Below, piece by piece: positions 18,139-28,537 of a stretch of DNA of 62,035 nt; the stretch's first letter is position 1; every line of letters begins with the position of its first letter. The translations under genes and the position numbers were made by a program. Source of the DNA: an uncultured Bdellovibrionales bacterium (GTDB lineage: Bacteria; Bdellovibrionota_C; UBA2361; SZUA-149; CAYOZL01); contig CAYOZL010000006.1 in the NCBI GenBank assembly GCA_964408435.1, positions 1 through 62,035 of the forward strand. Reading direction: 5' to 3'. Below the pieces are notes generated by a model. It had not been told where the DNA came from and did no database searches. It saw nothing but the letters and a program-made list of their open reading frames with translations.

Positions 18139-18957
18139 CTAAATTTTAAATTTGCAAGATTGATTAACATCACAGTTTGCACATTTACTTTTTGATGGTG
18201 TTGCCATAGCAGGGATACCAGACTTTATTGATTCAATCTCAGAGATTAAAGAATTAAGCCAAATTTGCTTATCTGATAGATTTTCTATTTTATGATGTTC
18301 TTTATCTTTGCCGATAATAATAATCCCGTAAGGGGGCATTTTGTCTTCCATGAGCTTAAAATGTAGATACATTCTTATTTTATGCCGATCTCTTAATTTT
18401 AAAGTGCTAGGATTGATATCAACAGGGATAATTTTTTTATTTTCAGTAATTAAAGCATCGGGTCTACTTTCTAGGAAATCATTTGAAAGCAAGGTTGTCT
18501 CTATTTGCTTACTTCCTTTAATGGTTAATACCTCTACTTTTTCAGATAAACCCTGATTTAGGTTTATCTTTTTCATTTTCCTATCAAACAGGTCCCAGAT
18601 AAAAATTAGTAAGCCTAATAAGAATAATAAAGCAGCTAGCTCAAAAGGGATTTCTCCATTGTTTTTGATAATTTTAAATTTCTTAGGATCTAATAAAAAT
18701 ACAACTATAGTGAGCATCACTAGGAGTAAGTAGACAAGTTTCGCATATTTTCGCAGTTCGAAGGATTGCTCTTGATTTTTAAACCATTGTTTTTTTACTT
18801 CAGCGCCTTTAGAATTCTGCTTTAAATTAGGGGTTTCAGCTTTATCTTCTAGATTACTCTCTAAGTATTTTAATCTCCATGCCTCAGGACAAACAACATA
18901 AGTAGAGAGTTGTTCAGCAGTAATCTTTGAAGTGCTAGTCTTCAAATCGCTAGCCAA
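18139..18957 (-). CDS. Cas4-like PD-(D/E)XK / 4-Cys (Fe-S) nuclease-fold protein with two inserted transmembrane helices
   Basis: 272 aa, TTG start 1 nt after the gdh stop. N-terminal Cys in YVVCPEAWRLKYL plus C-terminal C259-x2-C262-x5-C268 give the Cas4/AddB-type cluster spacing. Core strands RPDALI...IIPVDIN and RMYLHF sit at the QxxxY position. Two hydrophobic helices (LVYLLLVMLTIVVFLL, LAALLFLLGLLIFIW) lie between the N-terminal Cys and the core. Confidence 0.55.
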   Translation of the reverse strand: MASDLKTSTSKITAEQLSTYVVCPEAWRLKYLESNLEDKAETPNLKQNSKGAEVKKQWFKNQEQSFELRKYAKLVYLLLVMLTIVVFLLDPKKFKIIKNNGEIPFELAALLFLLGLLIFIWDLFDRKMKKINLNQGLSEKVEVLTIKGSKQIETTLLSNDFLESRPDALITENKKIIPVDINPSTLKLRDRHKIRMYLHFKLMEDKMPPYGIIIIGKDKEHHKIENLSDKQIWLNSLISEIESIKSGIPAMATPSKSKCANCDVNQSCKFKI

Positions 18958-18958
18958 A

Positions 18959-21900
18959 TTATTTACCTAAGTTTTCTAATTGTTTATTAAGAACAAAAAT
19001 AGCGGGCAAGGTAATTTTATTTTTTTGTAGCTCATATAAGCTTTCTTTGTATCCCGTATATCCTTCTTTATGTTTTGAAAAGTATGTTTCAATTTTTGCC
19101 TTATTACTCTTGGCTTTTACTTTTGAAACTTCAAAAGTTATTTTTGCAATAGCTTTTTTCATCTCAGCTATGCATGTGCTCTTTGCTCCAATCTCCCAGC
19201 GGTCTGTTGCATCTAAGTTTTTAGCTTCTTGAGAGATTTTTCTAATTTGCAATGCTGAACTTAGCATCATGTAAAGCTTTGCTATATTAGTAGAGTCAAG
19301 CTTTTGTTTTTTAGAGATGTCAATTATGTCCAGGTAATCTGCAGAGTTTTTAATATTAGTAACTATAGAAGCTGTTTTCTTATTTACTCCAGCTTTTACA
19401 AGTTTTTTATATTCTTTTTCTACCTTACCTGCCTCTAGCTCTGGAATTAAATTATTACTTTGTTGAAATAGTTTAAGTAAATCTTTTTTATAGCTAGTAG
19501 CAAGTTTAGCGATATCAAAGTTTCTAGGGTTATTAGTAATAATCCATCTAATTGATAATTCGGTAGCTTCTTGAATTTGATTTAGTAGATCTAAGTGCTC
19601 TTTAGTAGAGCCAGCATTATCAATCTTGCTTAATTCTTGCTCAAGTTCAGTTACTTGAAGTATTTCTTCGACAGTTAAAAATGCTCTTATTACAGTTTCT
19701 TTACTTACTGAAAGTTCTTCGCAGGTTCTAACAATGAAGCTAGAGCCCATTCTTTCTACAAATAAGTTAGCAATAATTGTAGAAATAATTTCTTTTCTAA
19801 GTGGATGCCTAAGCACATCTTTTTTGAAATTTTTTGCGATCTCTTTAGGAAAGTAATTAATTAAATACTTCTCAGTACTTTTATCTTCAGAGATCTTTGT
19901 AGAGATTATAGAGTTGTAAACGGCTATTTTAGTGTGAGCAACTAATACGCATAATTCTGGCCTAGTTAGTCCAGCCTTCTTATCTCCTCTACTAGCAAGA
20001 GCCTCATCATCTGGTAAGTCATTTTCATTTCTATTTAATAAGCCTTCATTCTCCAGCATATTGAGTAAGCTACGATAGTAACGCAGATGCTTTCTGCTTC
20101 TTCTTACTGCTAAGCTTATTAGTTGAGATTGTAATCTGTTGTGGTTAAGAACCTTATCGCAAACTTCAAGAGCACATTTTTCTAAAAGTTTATTTCTTTT
20201 ATCTAGGCTAAGTTTTTTATTTTTTACTAGGGACTGAAAAAGTATTTTTAAGTTAACTTCGTGATCCGATAAATCAACTCCTCCAGAGTTATCTACAGCA
20301 TCTGTGTTTACCTTTCCACCAATTCTAGAGTATTCAATTCTAGCTTTTTGAGTAAGACCTAAATTGCCTCCTTCTCCAATTACTCTAGCATGAGTTTCCT
20401 TAGAGTTGATTCTAACAGAGTCGTTACTTGGGTCTCCAACTTCATTTTCAAATGAGGCTTTAATGTAAGTTCCTATTCCTCCATTCCAAAGAAGATCTGC
20501 TGGTGCTTTAAGAATAATCTTGATTAAATCTTCACCATTGTATACTCCAGGCTCACAATTAAGAGATTTTGCAGCATCTGCATTAATCTTAATTTCTTTT
20601 GCTGCTCTTTGATATACTCCTCCACCTTTAGAGATTATTTTCTTACTATAATCTTTCCAGCTAGAATGTTTTAAATTAAATAATCTTTTTCTTTCTTTGA
20701 AAGATTTTTTAGAATTTGGATTTGGGTCTATAAAAATATTTACATGATTAAAAGCAGCAATGAGTTTAATATTGTCACTTAAAAGCATGCCGTTACCAAA
20801 AACGTCTCCTGCCATATCTCCAATGCCAGTAACAGTGAATTCTTCTTTGTCTATATCTAAGCCTATTTCTCTAAAATGCCTACAAGTTGTAACCCAGGCA
20901 CCCTTAGCTGTGATTCCATATTTTTTATGGTCATAACCATTAGAACCACCAGAAGCAAAAGCATCACCAAGCCAGAAATTAAAATCATGAATTGCAATAG
21001 AGTTAGCAATATCACTAAAAGTTGCAGTTCCTCTATCTGCGGCAACTACTAAGTAGGGATCGTCGATATCGTGTATTACCGTATTTTTTGGTCTTACTAT
21101 TTTACCATTAACTAAGTTATCACTTAGTTCAAGAAGAGATGTAATAAACTTTCTATAGCACTGCTCTACTTTTGCTCTAAGTGCGTCTCTACTTGTTGGT
21201 CTATTTTTAACAACAAAACCACCTTTAGCGCCTGTTGGTACGATAATGGAGTTTTTTGTAACTTGTGTTTTCATTAAACCAAGAACCTCTGTGCGAAAAT
21301 CCGCCACTCTATCACTCCATCTTAGTCCACCTCTTGCTACGTATCCGCCTCTAAGGTGCACTCCCTCGAATTCATCTGCACAAACAAATGTTTCAAAAAG
21401 AGGGCGAGGGGAAGGCATTTCAGTGATTTCAGAACATTTAATTTTAAAAGCAATTCTGTATTCGTCATGTCCTTGAAAAAAGTTTGTTCTAACAGCAGCT
21501 TCAAAAAAGTTAATTAAAGATCGAAGCGCCCTATCATAGGCAAGATTGGTAACTGTTTTTAAAAGTGTCAGGTATTTGTTTTTTATTTTTTTTAGATTTT
21601 TATCTCTATTCTTATTATTTGCTCCTTTATATGCACTAGGGTCAAATTTTTCTAAGAAGTAATCAATTGCAACTTTTGCTGCCGCAGGGTTTTGGTTTAG
21701 TGCATTTACTAAGGTTAGCTTAGAGCCAATTGCCTTTATTTGCCATAGGTATTGAAGAGCTGTTCTTAAAACAGCAATATTCTCACAACTTAGTTCGGCA
21801 GAAATTATAAGACTATTTAAAGAATCGTTATAGGCTTTATTTGATAATGCTAGTTTTAAATTATTTGATATTTTTTCTGGTAGGTTTGAATCTATTTCGT

Positions 21901-23665
21901 TGTTGCTAAGTTTAGCAACAACAGTAAAAGCGTATATAGTATATAGGTCTTTGGATGTGACAGTGGTAACAGTTTCTCTTTCTATTGAAAATCCGATGTT
22001 ATCTAGAAAAGGTATAATCTCACTTAGAGAAATAGTTTCTCCTCTTTTGTATATTATTAAATGAGTTTTCTTAAATCCAGAAACTACTCTAGAGATAGAA
22101 GAGATTTCAAATAAACTATCTTTATCTATCTTTAAGATATTTTTTATATCGTATACTGCTTCTTTGGAGCTTCTTACGGATTTATAGTCTTCAGGAAAAG
22201 CATTAGAGAAGGTATGAAAAATTTCTTCAGCTTTATCTTCTTCAAAGCTTTTATTTAATTCATCCAGTAATAACTCTTCCCAACTCTTACTTAAGTTATA
22301 TATTTTTTGCTCTAGTTTTTTAGAATCTTTAGCAGAGAATATCTTAGGAACTAAAAAACTAACACTACCTAGCTCAGAGTCTCCTTTAAAAGTATAAATT
22401 TCACATGAATTTTTCTCTACTTTAAGAAATTTCTCAATCTCTTCCTTAATTAAAGCGTTGTTCTCTCCAGAGATTCTGTCTTTAGGAAGTATTAATCTAA
22501 AACAAGTAAATCTATTTAATCGATCTTTGTATATATTAAGTTTTTGTAGACCACTTTTTTTCAGCTCATAAATTATCGAGAATTCTTCTCTTAATTGAGT
22601 TAAGGAAAGCTCAATGAAATCAAATTTTGGTATATCATCTGCAAAAGAAATTAATTCTTTATAGTTGTGAGTCTTTGGAGGCAGTTTTTCGAGTTCAGCA
22701 ATTTTATTAATTCTATATCTAACTAAAGGAACTTTACTTGAGTCTTCTACAAACCCTCTATAAGTAATTAGGCCTAAAAAGATTTGAAATTTATTTTTAT
22801 CAATTTTAACGCAAAAACAATCTACGTAAGAGTCTCTGTGGATTGGGCTTTTAAGGGAAAGTTTACTGTGTGAAAGTACGTGGTTTTCACTAAAGAGTTT
22901 AATATCTTCTTTAATTTCTTTATTGATTGATTTGGAGTAATCTTTAACTTTAAATATGCCTTTAGTGTTTTTTGATCCACCTCTAAGCGTATATTCGCAA
23001 CTTCCTAGGAAAACAAACCCTGGGTTAATTAACCATTTAATAAATTCCCCAGCTTCAGATTGTTCTAATTTATCAACTTTTTTGTATTTATTATTTAGTA
23101 TGTGGCTGCTAGCATTTTCTGCTTGTATCAGAATCTCAGGGAATTCTTCAGTAACTGTAAGTAGCGTTTTTAAAAGATTTGAAACTTCTTTTTTTAGATT
23201 TACTTTTTTATTTTTAAGATTAGTTTCAACGTATACTAAAGAAATATTTTTCTCAGCATCGGAGGAGGGTATAATCGGATGAAGTTTGAATTTTTCCTCT
23301 ATTCCTAGTTTCTCAAAAAGCATAGCTAATGAATCTACTACAAACGGTCTATCAAAGATGATTGTTTTAAGAATAGTATTGCCGTTTTTCTCAGTAGTTG
23401 TCTCTACTATGAAATCTTTCTCTGAGCTTATGAAGTCTAAGTATAGAACATAGGAGTCGTGTGCAAGCTTTGTTAACTTTTCAATTTCACAAGTCTTAAT
23501 AAACTTAGATGAAGCTCTTCTAAATAGAGTGCTAATGAAATCACTTGGATCCGTTTTCTTGCTTCGAGTATTTTTACTTTGGCGTTTATTTAGTTTTGAT
23601 AATTTCTTTTTAATATCGTTTAATTTAACGTTGTTTAGCTTTACTAAATTCTTTTTGGCAATCAT
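18959..23665 (-). CDS. gdhB: Large NAD-specific glutamate dehydrogenase (about 180-kDa class)
   Basis: 1568 aa. Catalytic region RGGLRWSDRVADFRTEVLGLMKTQVTKNSIIVPTGAKGGFV and GDMAGDVFGNGML are characteristic of the Bac_GDH family. Confidence 0.9.
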   Translation of the reverse strand: MIAKKNLVKLNNVKLNDIKKKLSKLNKRQSKNTRSKKTDPSDFISTLFRRASSKFIKTCEIEKLTKLAHDSYVLYLDFISSEKDFIVETTTEKNGNTILKTIIFDRPFVVDSLAMLFEKLGIEEKFKLHPIIPSSDAEKNISLVYVETNLKNKKVNLKKEVSNLLKTLLTVTEEFPEILIQAENASSHILNNKYKKVDKLEQSEAGEFIKWLINPGFVFLGSCEYTLRGGSKNTKGIFKVKDYSKSINKEIKEDIKLFSENHVLSHSKLSLKSPIHRDSYVDCFCVKIDKNKFQIFLGLITYRGFVEDSSKVPLVRYRINKIAELEKLPPKTHNYKELISFADDIPKFDFIELSLTQLREEFSIIYELKKSGLQKLNIYKDRLNRFTCFRLILPKDRISGENNALIKEEIEKFLKVEKNSCEIYTFKGDSELGSVSFLVPKIFSAKDSKKLEQKIYNLSKSWEELLLDELNKSFEEDKAEEIFHTFSNAFPEDYKSVRSSKEAVYDIKNILKIDKDSLFEISSISRVVSGFKKTHLIIYKRGETISLSEIIPFLDNIGFSIERETVTTVTSKDLYTIYAFTVVAKLSNNEIDSNLPEKISNNLKLALSNKAYNDSLNSLIISAELSCENIAVLRTALQYLWQIKAIGSKLTLVNALNQNPAAAKVAIDYFLEKFDPSAYKGANNKNRDKNLKKIKNKYLTLLKTVTNLAYDRALRSLINFFEAAVRTNFFQGHDEYRIAFKIKCSEITEMPSPRPLFETFVCADEFEGVHLRGGYVARGGLRWSDRVADFRTEVLGLMKTQVTKNSIIVPTGAKGGFVVKNRPTSRDALRAKVEQCYRKFITSLLELSDNLVNGKIVRPKNTVIHDIDDPYLVVAADRGTATFSDIANSIAIHDFNFWLGDAFASGGSNGYDHKKYGITAKGAWVTTCRHFREIGLDIDKEEFTVTGIGDMAGDVFGNGMLLSDNIKLIAAFNHVNIFIDPNPNSKKSFKERKRLFNLKHSSWKDYSKKIISKGGGVYQRAAKEIKINADAAKSLNCEPGVYNGEDLIKIILKAPADLLWNGGIGTYIKASFENEVGDPSNDSVRINSKETHARVIGEGGNLGLTQKARIEYSRIGGKVNTDAVDNSGGVDLSDHEVNLKILFQSLVKNKKLSLDKRNKLLEKCALEVCDKVLNHNRLQSQLISLAVRRSRKHLRYYRSLLNMLENEGLLNRNENDLPDDEALASRGDKKAGLTRPELCVLVAHTKIAVYNSIISTKISEDKSTEKYLINYFPKEIAKNFKKDVLRHPLRKEIISTIIANLFVERMGSSFIVRTCEELSVSKETVIRAFLTVEEILQVTELEQELSKIDNAGSTKEHLDLLNQIQEATELSIRWIITNNPRNFDIAKLATSYKKDLLKLFQQSNNLIPELEAGKVEKEYKKLVKAGVNKKTASIVTNIKNSADYLDIIDISKKQKLDSTNIAKLYMMLSSALQIRKISQEAKNLDATDRWEIGAKSTCIAEMKKAIAKITFEVSKVKAKSNKAKIETYFSKHKEGYTGYKESLYELQKNKITLPAIFVLNKQLENLGK

Positions 23666-23728
23666 CTCTAACCTATCTGTATAATTGATAATAGTTCTAA
23701 CTTAAAGGCAATATATAAGCTACCTAAA

Positions 23729-25510
23729 TTAGAATAAATTCTTTAGTTGAAAGTTAAGTCCAGGGGCTATTTTTTTAAGGCCTTTTTCTATGCCTTTATT
23801 AATAGCTTTTTCTACAAGTTCCTCCCCTCCAGATTTAGCAGCTCTTTTTACTAAGTTCTTAACATCAGGAAGAACTATAGGAGTTTTTCCATTCTTTTTA
23901 ATAATTACAGGTATAATAATTGTTCCATCCTTTTCGCTTAGATACTTTAAGTTTTTGTTCTTAGCTATGATCTCTTGCGACAAAGCATTTGAAATAATTA
24001 GTTTAGTATTTAGCTCAAGCTTACCACTTGTTAGAATGTTGCCATTACCAGAGATTGTGTAAAGTGAATGAGCTAGATTGAAACTTTTAATATTTATTTT
24101 TTCACCTATTAAAGATGATTTTAAATCTAACTGACTAAAGCTAGTATTCTCTGAATTTAAGATGTTGGAATATTTTTCAGGTACATACTTACTAATTGCA
24201 GAATCTATACCAGATATGCCTTTTAATTCTTCTAGTGTCTTAGCTAGAATATTAAGACCTTTTATTGTGCCGTTTGTTGCTAAGGCTTTAATGTTAGAGT
24301 TGATAGTTTTTTTAGGTTTTTTAAGATTTAAGTTTGATTTAATATCTAGCTTGTCTAATTGGCCTTCAAGTTTAACTGAACTATTAGGCATTATGAAATT
24401 AGAGATAAGACTCAAGTCCATGTTGCTAGCACTAATATTTGCACTTGTTTTTGCTTGATTAACTATTTTAGAGTTTATATCAACTTTGCCGGAAAACATC
24501 TCAAAGTTTGATTTATCTATTGTAATAGTATTGCCATTTTTATTTAGTTTTACCTTGCTGTGTAAATTTATATTTTTAAGCAAGTCAGTGCCTTTTAAAT
24601 TTAATTTATCAAGCTTAAGATCTGTATTTACATTATTATCGGTATAGCCTGAATCTACGTTTAAATTCCCTAGGACTATTCCAGAGGTCTTCCCTGCAAT
24701 GTTAGGGGCTAGGATATTGAGAAATTTTTCAATATTAAAGTTAGAAGCATTTAATTTTGTCTTTGCACTAATGCTAGGTTTTTGATTAATAATTGAATTT
24801 ATATTTAAGCTTTGGCCTCCAGCTTTTACATTAAGAGAATCTATCTCAATTGTATTTTCTAAATTTATTTTTCCTTTTGCTGAAAGTTCAGCATTTAATA
24901 CTTTTCCATCTAAAGTAAAATTCCCTTTTTTGCTGTTGCCTATATCGCTAGCAGTTAAGTTTAAATTTTCTAATTTATATTCAGCACTTGGGCTTTTAGA
25001 AGTGTCTTTAAAGTCGATATTCAAAGAACTTATTTTAATGTCTTTTAAGTTGAATTTAACTTGCTCATCATTTTTAGTATTAGGCTTGTCTTCAGTTTTT
25101 TTATTTATAGCTTTTTTGGTTTCTTTATTTTTTTTATTTAAGATATATTTGCCAAGACTTATTAAGCCATCTTTATTTTTGCTTAATTTAAATTTAGCGT
25201 CACTTAGACTAAAAGTATCAACATTTAGCTTGCCTTTTAGTAGTTGGTTTAGTCCAGTATGTAAGAAAAGATTATCAATGCTAGCTATATTATTCTCTAG
25301 TTCTACCCTAGAGAGTTTAATACCAATGTTTGGAAATACTTTTGCTTCAATATTAGAGATTTTTACATCTTGCTTAGCGATACTCGAGATTGACTTTTCA
25401 ATCTGAGGTTTAAGCTTAGATACAATGGGATTTAGAAAGAAGATACCTGCAATAATGGTGATAATTATAAGTGCAAGTAGCGATAGTATTATCTTAATTA
25501 GTTTACTCAT
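23729..25510 (-). CDS. AsmA-family outer-membrane biogenesis protein
   Basis: 593 aa with an N-terminal TM anchor (IILSLLALIIITIIAGIFF), a long repetitive beta-rich body and an AsmA-like C-terminal segment. Divergent from the lpxB-msbA-waaA cluster. Confidence 0.6.
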   Translation of the reverse strand: MSKLIKIILSLLALIIITIIAGIFFLNPIVSKLKPQIEKSISSIAKQDVKISNIEAKVFPNIGIKLSRVELENNIASIDNLFLHTGLNQLLKGKLNVDTFSLSDAKFKLSKNKDGLISLGKYILNKKNKETKKAINKKTEDKPNTKNDEQVKFNLKDIKISSLNIDFKDTSKSPSAEYKLENLNLTASDIGNSKKGNFTLDGKVLNAELSAKGKINLENTIEIDSLNVKAGGQSLNINSIINQKPSISAKTKLNASNFNIEKFLNILAPNIAGKTSGIVLGNLNVDSGYTDNNVNTDLKLDKLNLKGTDLLKNINLHSKVKLNKNGNTITIDKSNFEMFSGKVDINSKIVNQAKTSANISASNMDLSLISNFIMPNSSVKLEGQLDKLDIKSNLNLKKPKKTINSNIKALATNGTIKGLNILAKTLEELKGISGIDSAISKYVPEKYSNILNSENTSFSQLDLKSSLIGEKINIKSFNLAHSLYTISGNGNILTSGKLELNTKLIISNALSQEIIAKNKNLKYLSEKDGTIIIPVIIKKNGKTPIVLPDVKNLVKRAAKSGGEELVEKAINKGIEKGLKKIAPGLNFQLKNLF

Positions 25511-25581
25511 AGTCGCAGTATTTATGACAAATGCGGATTTTCGACAACCGCAGGATTTTAGTGTAGTTATGTCACATTGTT

Positions 25582-26727
25582 ATGGAGATTTTAATAGTTA
25601 CAGGTGAGGCTTCTGGAGATGAACACGGAGCAAAAGTAGTAAGGCAAATTAAGGCCGAAAATCCTGATATTAATTTCTTTGGTATGGGTGGAGAGAATTT
25701 ACGCTCATCTGGTGTTGAAATTATAGTAGATTCTAAAATTGTAGCTGGTGTAATGGGTTTTACAGAAGTTTTTTCAAAACTTTTTTCTTTACTAAAAGCA
25801 AGAAAAAAATTGATTAATGAAATTAAAAGAAGAAAGCCAAAGCTTGCAATTTTAATAGATTTTCCAGATTTTAATTTTAGCCTCTTTAAGACTTTAAAAA
25901 CTCAAAATGTAAAAGTAATTTACTATGCTGCTCCTAAGGTTTGGGCTTGGAGAAAAAGTAGAGTGAAAACTATTAAAAAGTATGTAGATAAAGTACTTTC
26001 AATTATTCCATTTGAAAAAGAATTTTATCAAAAAGCTGGAGTTGATGTTACTTACGTTGGGCATCCTATTTTAGAGCATCAAGACAGAGTCTTAGATAAA
26101 CAAACTCTTATGGCCAATTTAAATTTAGATTCTCAAAAAAAATTATTAGCTTTGCTGCCAGGAAGCAGAAAAGCAGAAATAGATTTGCTTCTACCTGATA
26201 TGCTTGCAGCTGCTGAAATAGTTAAGAGTAAATATAAAGATATTCACAGTAAGAATATACAAGTGGCAATTCCTGTGGCTAGTTCACTAGACTATGATTC
26301 TTTAAAATCTAGAGTACCTACAGATATTAAACTTTTAAAAGGCAATGCTACAGAGTTGTTAAATTGTGCAGATGCCGCAATTATCGCTTCTGGCACAGTT
26401 TTATTGGATGCTTCATTAGCAAAAGTTCCTTTTTTAGTTCTTTATAGACTTAAGCCTTTAACTTATTTTATTGCTAAAAATTTTGTAACAGGAGTAAAGT
26501 ACTTCTCCCTTCCTAATTTAATTTCTGGAAAAGAAGTAGTTAAAGAATTTCTTCAAGACCAAGTCGAACCTGAAATTATAGCAAAAGAAGTTATTAAATT
26601 TTTAGAAGACACAAATTATCGCCGTGATTTAATCTCAAATTTAGAATCTGTTAATTCACAATTAAGTATTGGAGAGAGAACTTCAAGTAAAGTAGCAAAG
26701 GAGGTGCTTCTTGCAGCAAACTCCTAA
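25582..26727 (+). CDS. lpxB: Lipid-A-disaccharide synthase
   Basis: 381 aa with the N-terminal VTGEASGDEHGA motif, YY.APKVWAWR and LLPGSR motifs. Confidence 0.88.
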   Translation: MEILIVTGEASGDEHGAKVVRQIKAENPDINFFGMGGENLRSSGVEIIVDSKIVAGVMGFTEVFSKLFSLLKARKKLINEIKRRKPKLAILIDFPDFNFSLFKTLKTQNVKVIYYAAPKVWAWRKSRVKTIKKYVDKVLSIIPFEKEFYQKAGVDVTYVGHPILEHQDRVLDKQTLMANLNLDSQKKLLALLPGSRKAEIDLLLPDMLAAAEIVKSKYKDIHSKNIQVAIPVASSLDYDSLKSRVPTDIKLLKGNATELLNCADAAIIASGTVLLDASLAKVPFLVLYRLKPLTYFIAKNFVTGVKYFSLPNLISGKEVVKEFLQDQVEPEIIAKEVIKFLEDTNYRRDLISNLESVNSQLSIGERTSSKVAKEVLLAANS

Positions 26728-28537
26728 TAAAAACCTTAGTGAAGATTTAATTAAAAAGCCTACAGCAAAAGAAATTTCTTTCAGGCTTCTAAAATATCTA
26801 AGACCTTATAAGTCAAAGTTTTCATTAGCTTTAGTAGCAATGGTTTTCTACGGAGCTACAGATGGGATAGTGCCTTATATTTTAAAAAGAATTCTAGATG
26901 ATGTTTTTGGATCTAAGAATCCACAAATGCTTTATTATTTAATTGTTTTCATTGTTATTTTCGCCGCTTTTAGAGGCTTTTTTGGTTTTGTTCAAAAATA
27001 CTTATCTGCACAAGTTGGCCTAAATGTAGTTAGAGATATTAGAAATGATATAACGAATAAGCTTTTAACTCTTCATTCTTCTTTTTATCAAGATAACACT
27101 ACTGGTAATTTAATCACTCGAGTTACAAATGATACATTGTTAGTAAGAACAGCTCTTACTGATTCAGCTGCCGCAGTTCTCAGAGATACTGTAAGAATTA
27201 TAGCGCTTTTAGTTGCAGCTTTTTATCTAGATCCCGTTTTAGCTAGTATTGCTTTTATTGGCTTGCCTCTTTGTTTTTTTCCAATAATTAAATTTGGAAA
27301 AAAAATTAGAAGTCTTAGTCGTTCAGGTCAAGACTCTTTAGGTGGACTTACTGCAATATTGCAAGAGATTATACTTGGTCAAAAAGTTATCCAATCTTTT
27401 TCTAGAGAAAATTTTGAGAATCAAAGATTCATGGCAGAGAACCAAGAGTTTACAAGTTTAAATAAAAAAGCAGAAAAATACAGTGCTGTAACTGGCCCAA
27501 TAAATGAGTTTATTGCAAGTATGGCAATTGCTGGCGTGCTTCTTTATGGAGGCCATAGCGTTATTCATGGAACTAGAACTCAGGGAGATTTTATTGCTTT
27601 TCTAACTTCTATGTTCTTGCTTTACGATCCAATTAAAAAAACTGGGAGATTAAATTCTATTTTTCAAACTGGAATTTCAGCTGCTGAGAGAATATTTGAA
27701 ATCATAGATATTAGGCCACATATTGAAGATGCAAAAAATGCAGAAACATTGGAATTGCCTATATCTTTTGTCGAGTTTGAAAATGTAGATTTTTCTTACG
27801 GAGCAGAAAAAAGTAATACTTCAGAAAACACTACTGCTAAAAATATTTTAAACCAAATTTCTTTTAAAGCTAAGGCAGGTCAAACAATTGCTCTTGTAGG
27901 TAGCTCGGGTGGTGGAAAGTCGACTATGGTTAACTTACTTCCTAGGTTCTTTGATCCCATTAAAGGTGAGGTTAGGATAAACAACAAGAGTATTAAGAAT
28001 TACACTTTAGAATCTCTAAGGTCTAATATCTCAATGGTTGGTCAGAACACATTTTTATTTAATGATACCATTTATAATAATATTGCTTACGGAATGCCTA
28101 ATGCTAGTAAAGAAGATGTAATCTCTGCGGCAAAAGCTGCAAATGCAGATACTTTTATTACTCAGCTTTCAGATTCTTATAATACTTCTTTAGATGAGCA
28201 GGGAATGAACTTATCTGGTGGGCAAAGAGCAAGACTTGCTATTGCAAGAGCGATACTTAAATCAGCACCTATTTTAATACTAGATGAAGCAACTGCTAGT
28301 TTAGATAGTGAGTCAGAAGGTTTGGTTCAAGAAGCAATTTCAAGGTTAATGCAGAACAAAACAGTCTTTGTAATAGCACATAGACTTTCAACTATTGTTG
28401 AAGCTGATTTAATCTTAGTTATTTCTAAAGGTGAAATAGTAGAGCAGGGGACTCATCAAGAACTCTTAGCTTTAAATGGTGAGTATTCTAAATTATATAG
28501 GTTGCAGTTTAAACAAGAAGCTATAGTGAACTCATGA
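26711..28537 (+). CDS. msbA: Lipid A export ABC transporter (permease/ATPase) MsbA
   Basis: 608 aa, TTG start. Six-TM ABC exporter domain, Walker A GSSGGGKST, signature LSGGQRAR, Walker B ILILDEATS. Sits between lpxB and waaA. Confidence 0.85.
   Translation: MQQTPNKNLSEDLIKKPTAKEISFRLLKYLRPYKSKFSLALVAMVFYGATDGIVPYILKRILDDVFGSKNPQMLYYLIVFIVIFAAFRGFFGFVQKYLSAQVGLNVVRDIRNDITNKLLTLHSSFYQDNTTGNLITRVTNDTLLVRTALTDSAAAVLRDTVRIIALLVAAFYLDPVLASIAFIGLPLCFFPIIKFGKKIRSLSRSGQDSLGGLTAILQEIILGQKVIQSFSRENFENQRFMAENQEFTSLNKKAEKYSAVTGPINEFIASMAIAGVLLYGGHSVIHGTRTQGDFIAFLTSMFLLYDPIKKTGRLNSIFQTGISAAERIFEIIDIRPHIEDAKNAETLELPISFVEFENVDFSYGAEKSNTSENTTAKNILNQISFKAKAGQTIALVGSSGGGKSTMVNLLPRFFDPIKGEVRINNKSIKNYTLESLRSNISMVGQNTFLFNDTIYNNIAYGMPNASKEDVISAAKAANADTFITQLSDSYNTSLDEQGMNLSGGQRARLAIARAILKSAPILILDEATASLDSESEGLVQEAISRLMQNKTVFVIAHRLSTIVEADLILVISKGEIVEQGTHQELLALNGEYSKLYRLQFKQEAIVNS

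Noticed and set aside
13724-25607. Numerous 60-160-aa antisense ORFs inside topA-neighbour, gdh and asmA genes (for example 13724-14089, 22956-23282, 24930-25406, 24162-24458)
   Set aside because: They lie fully within, and opposite to, long CDSs with strong family motifs. Their Leu/Phe/Ser-rich translations are typical of the reverse complement of Lys/Glu-rich AT-rich genes.
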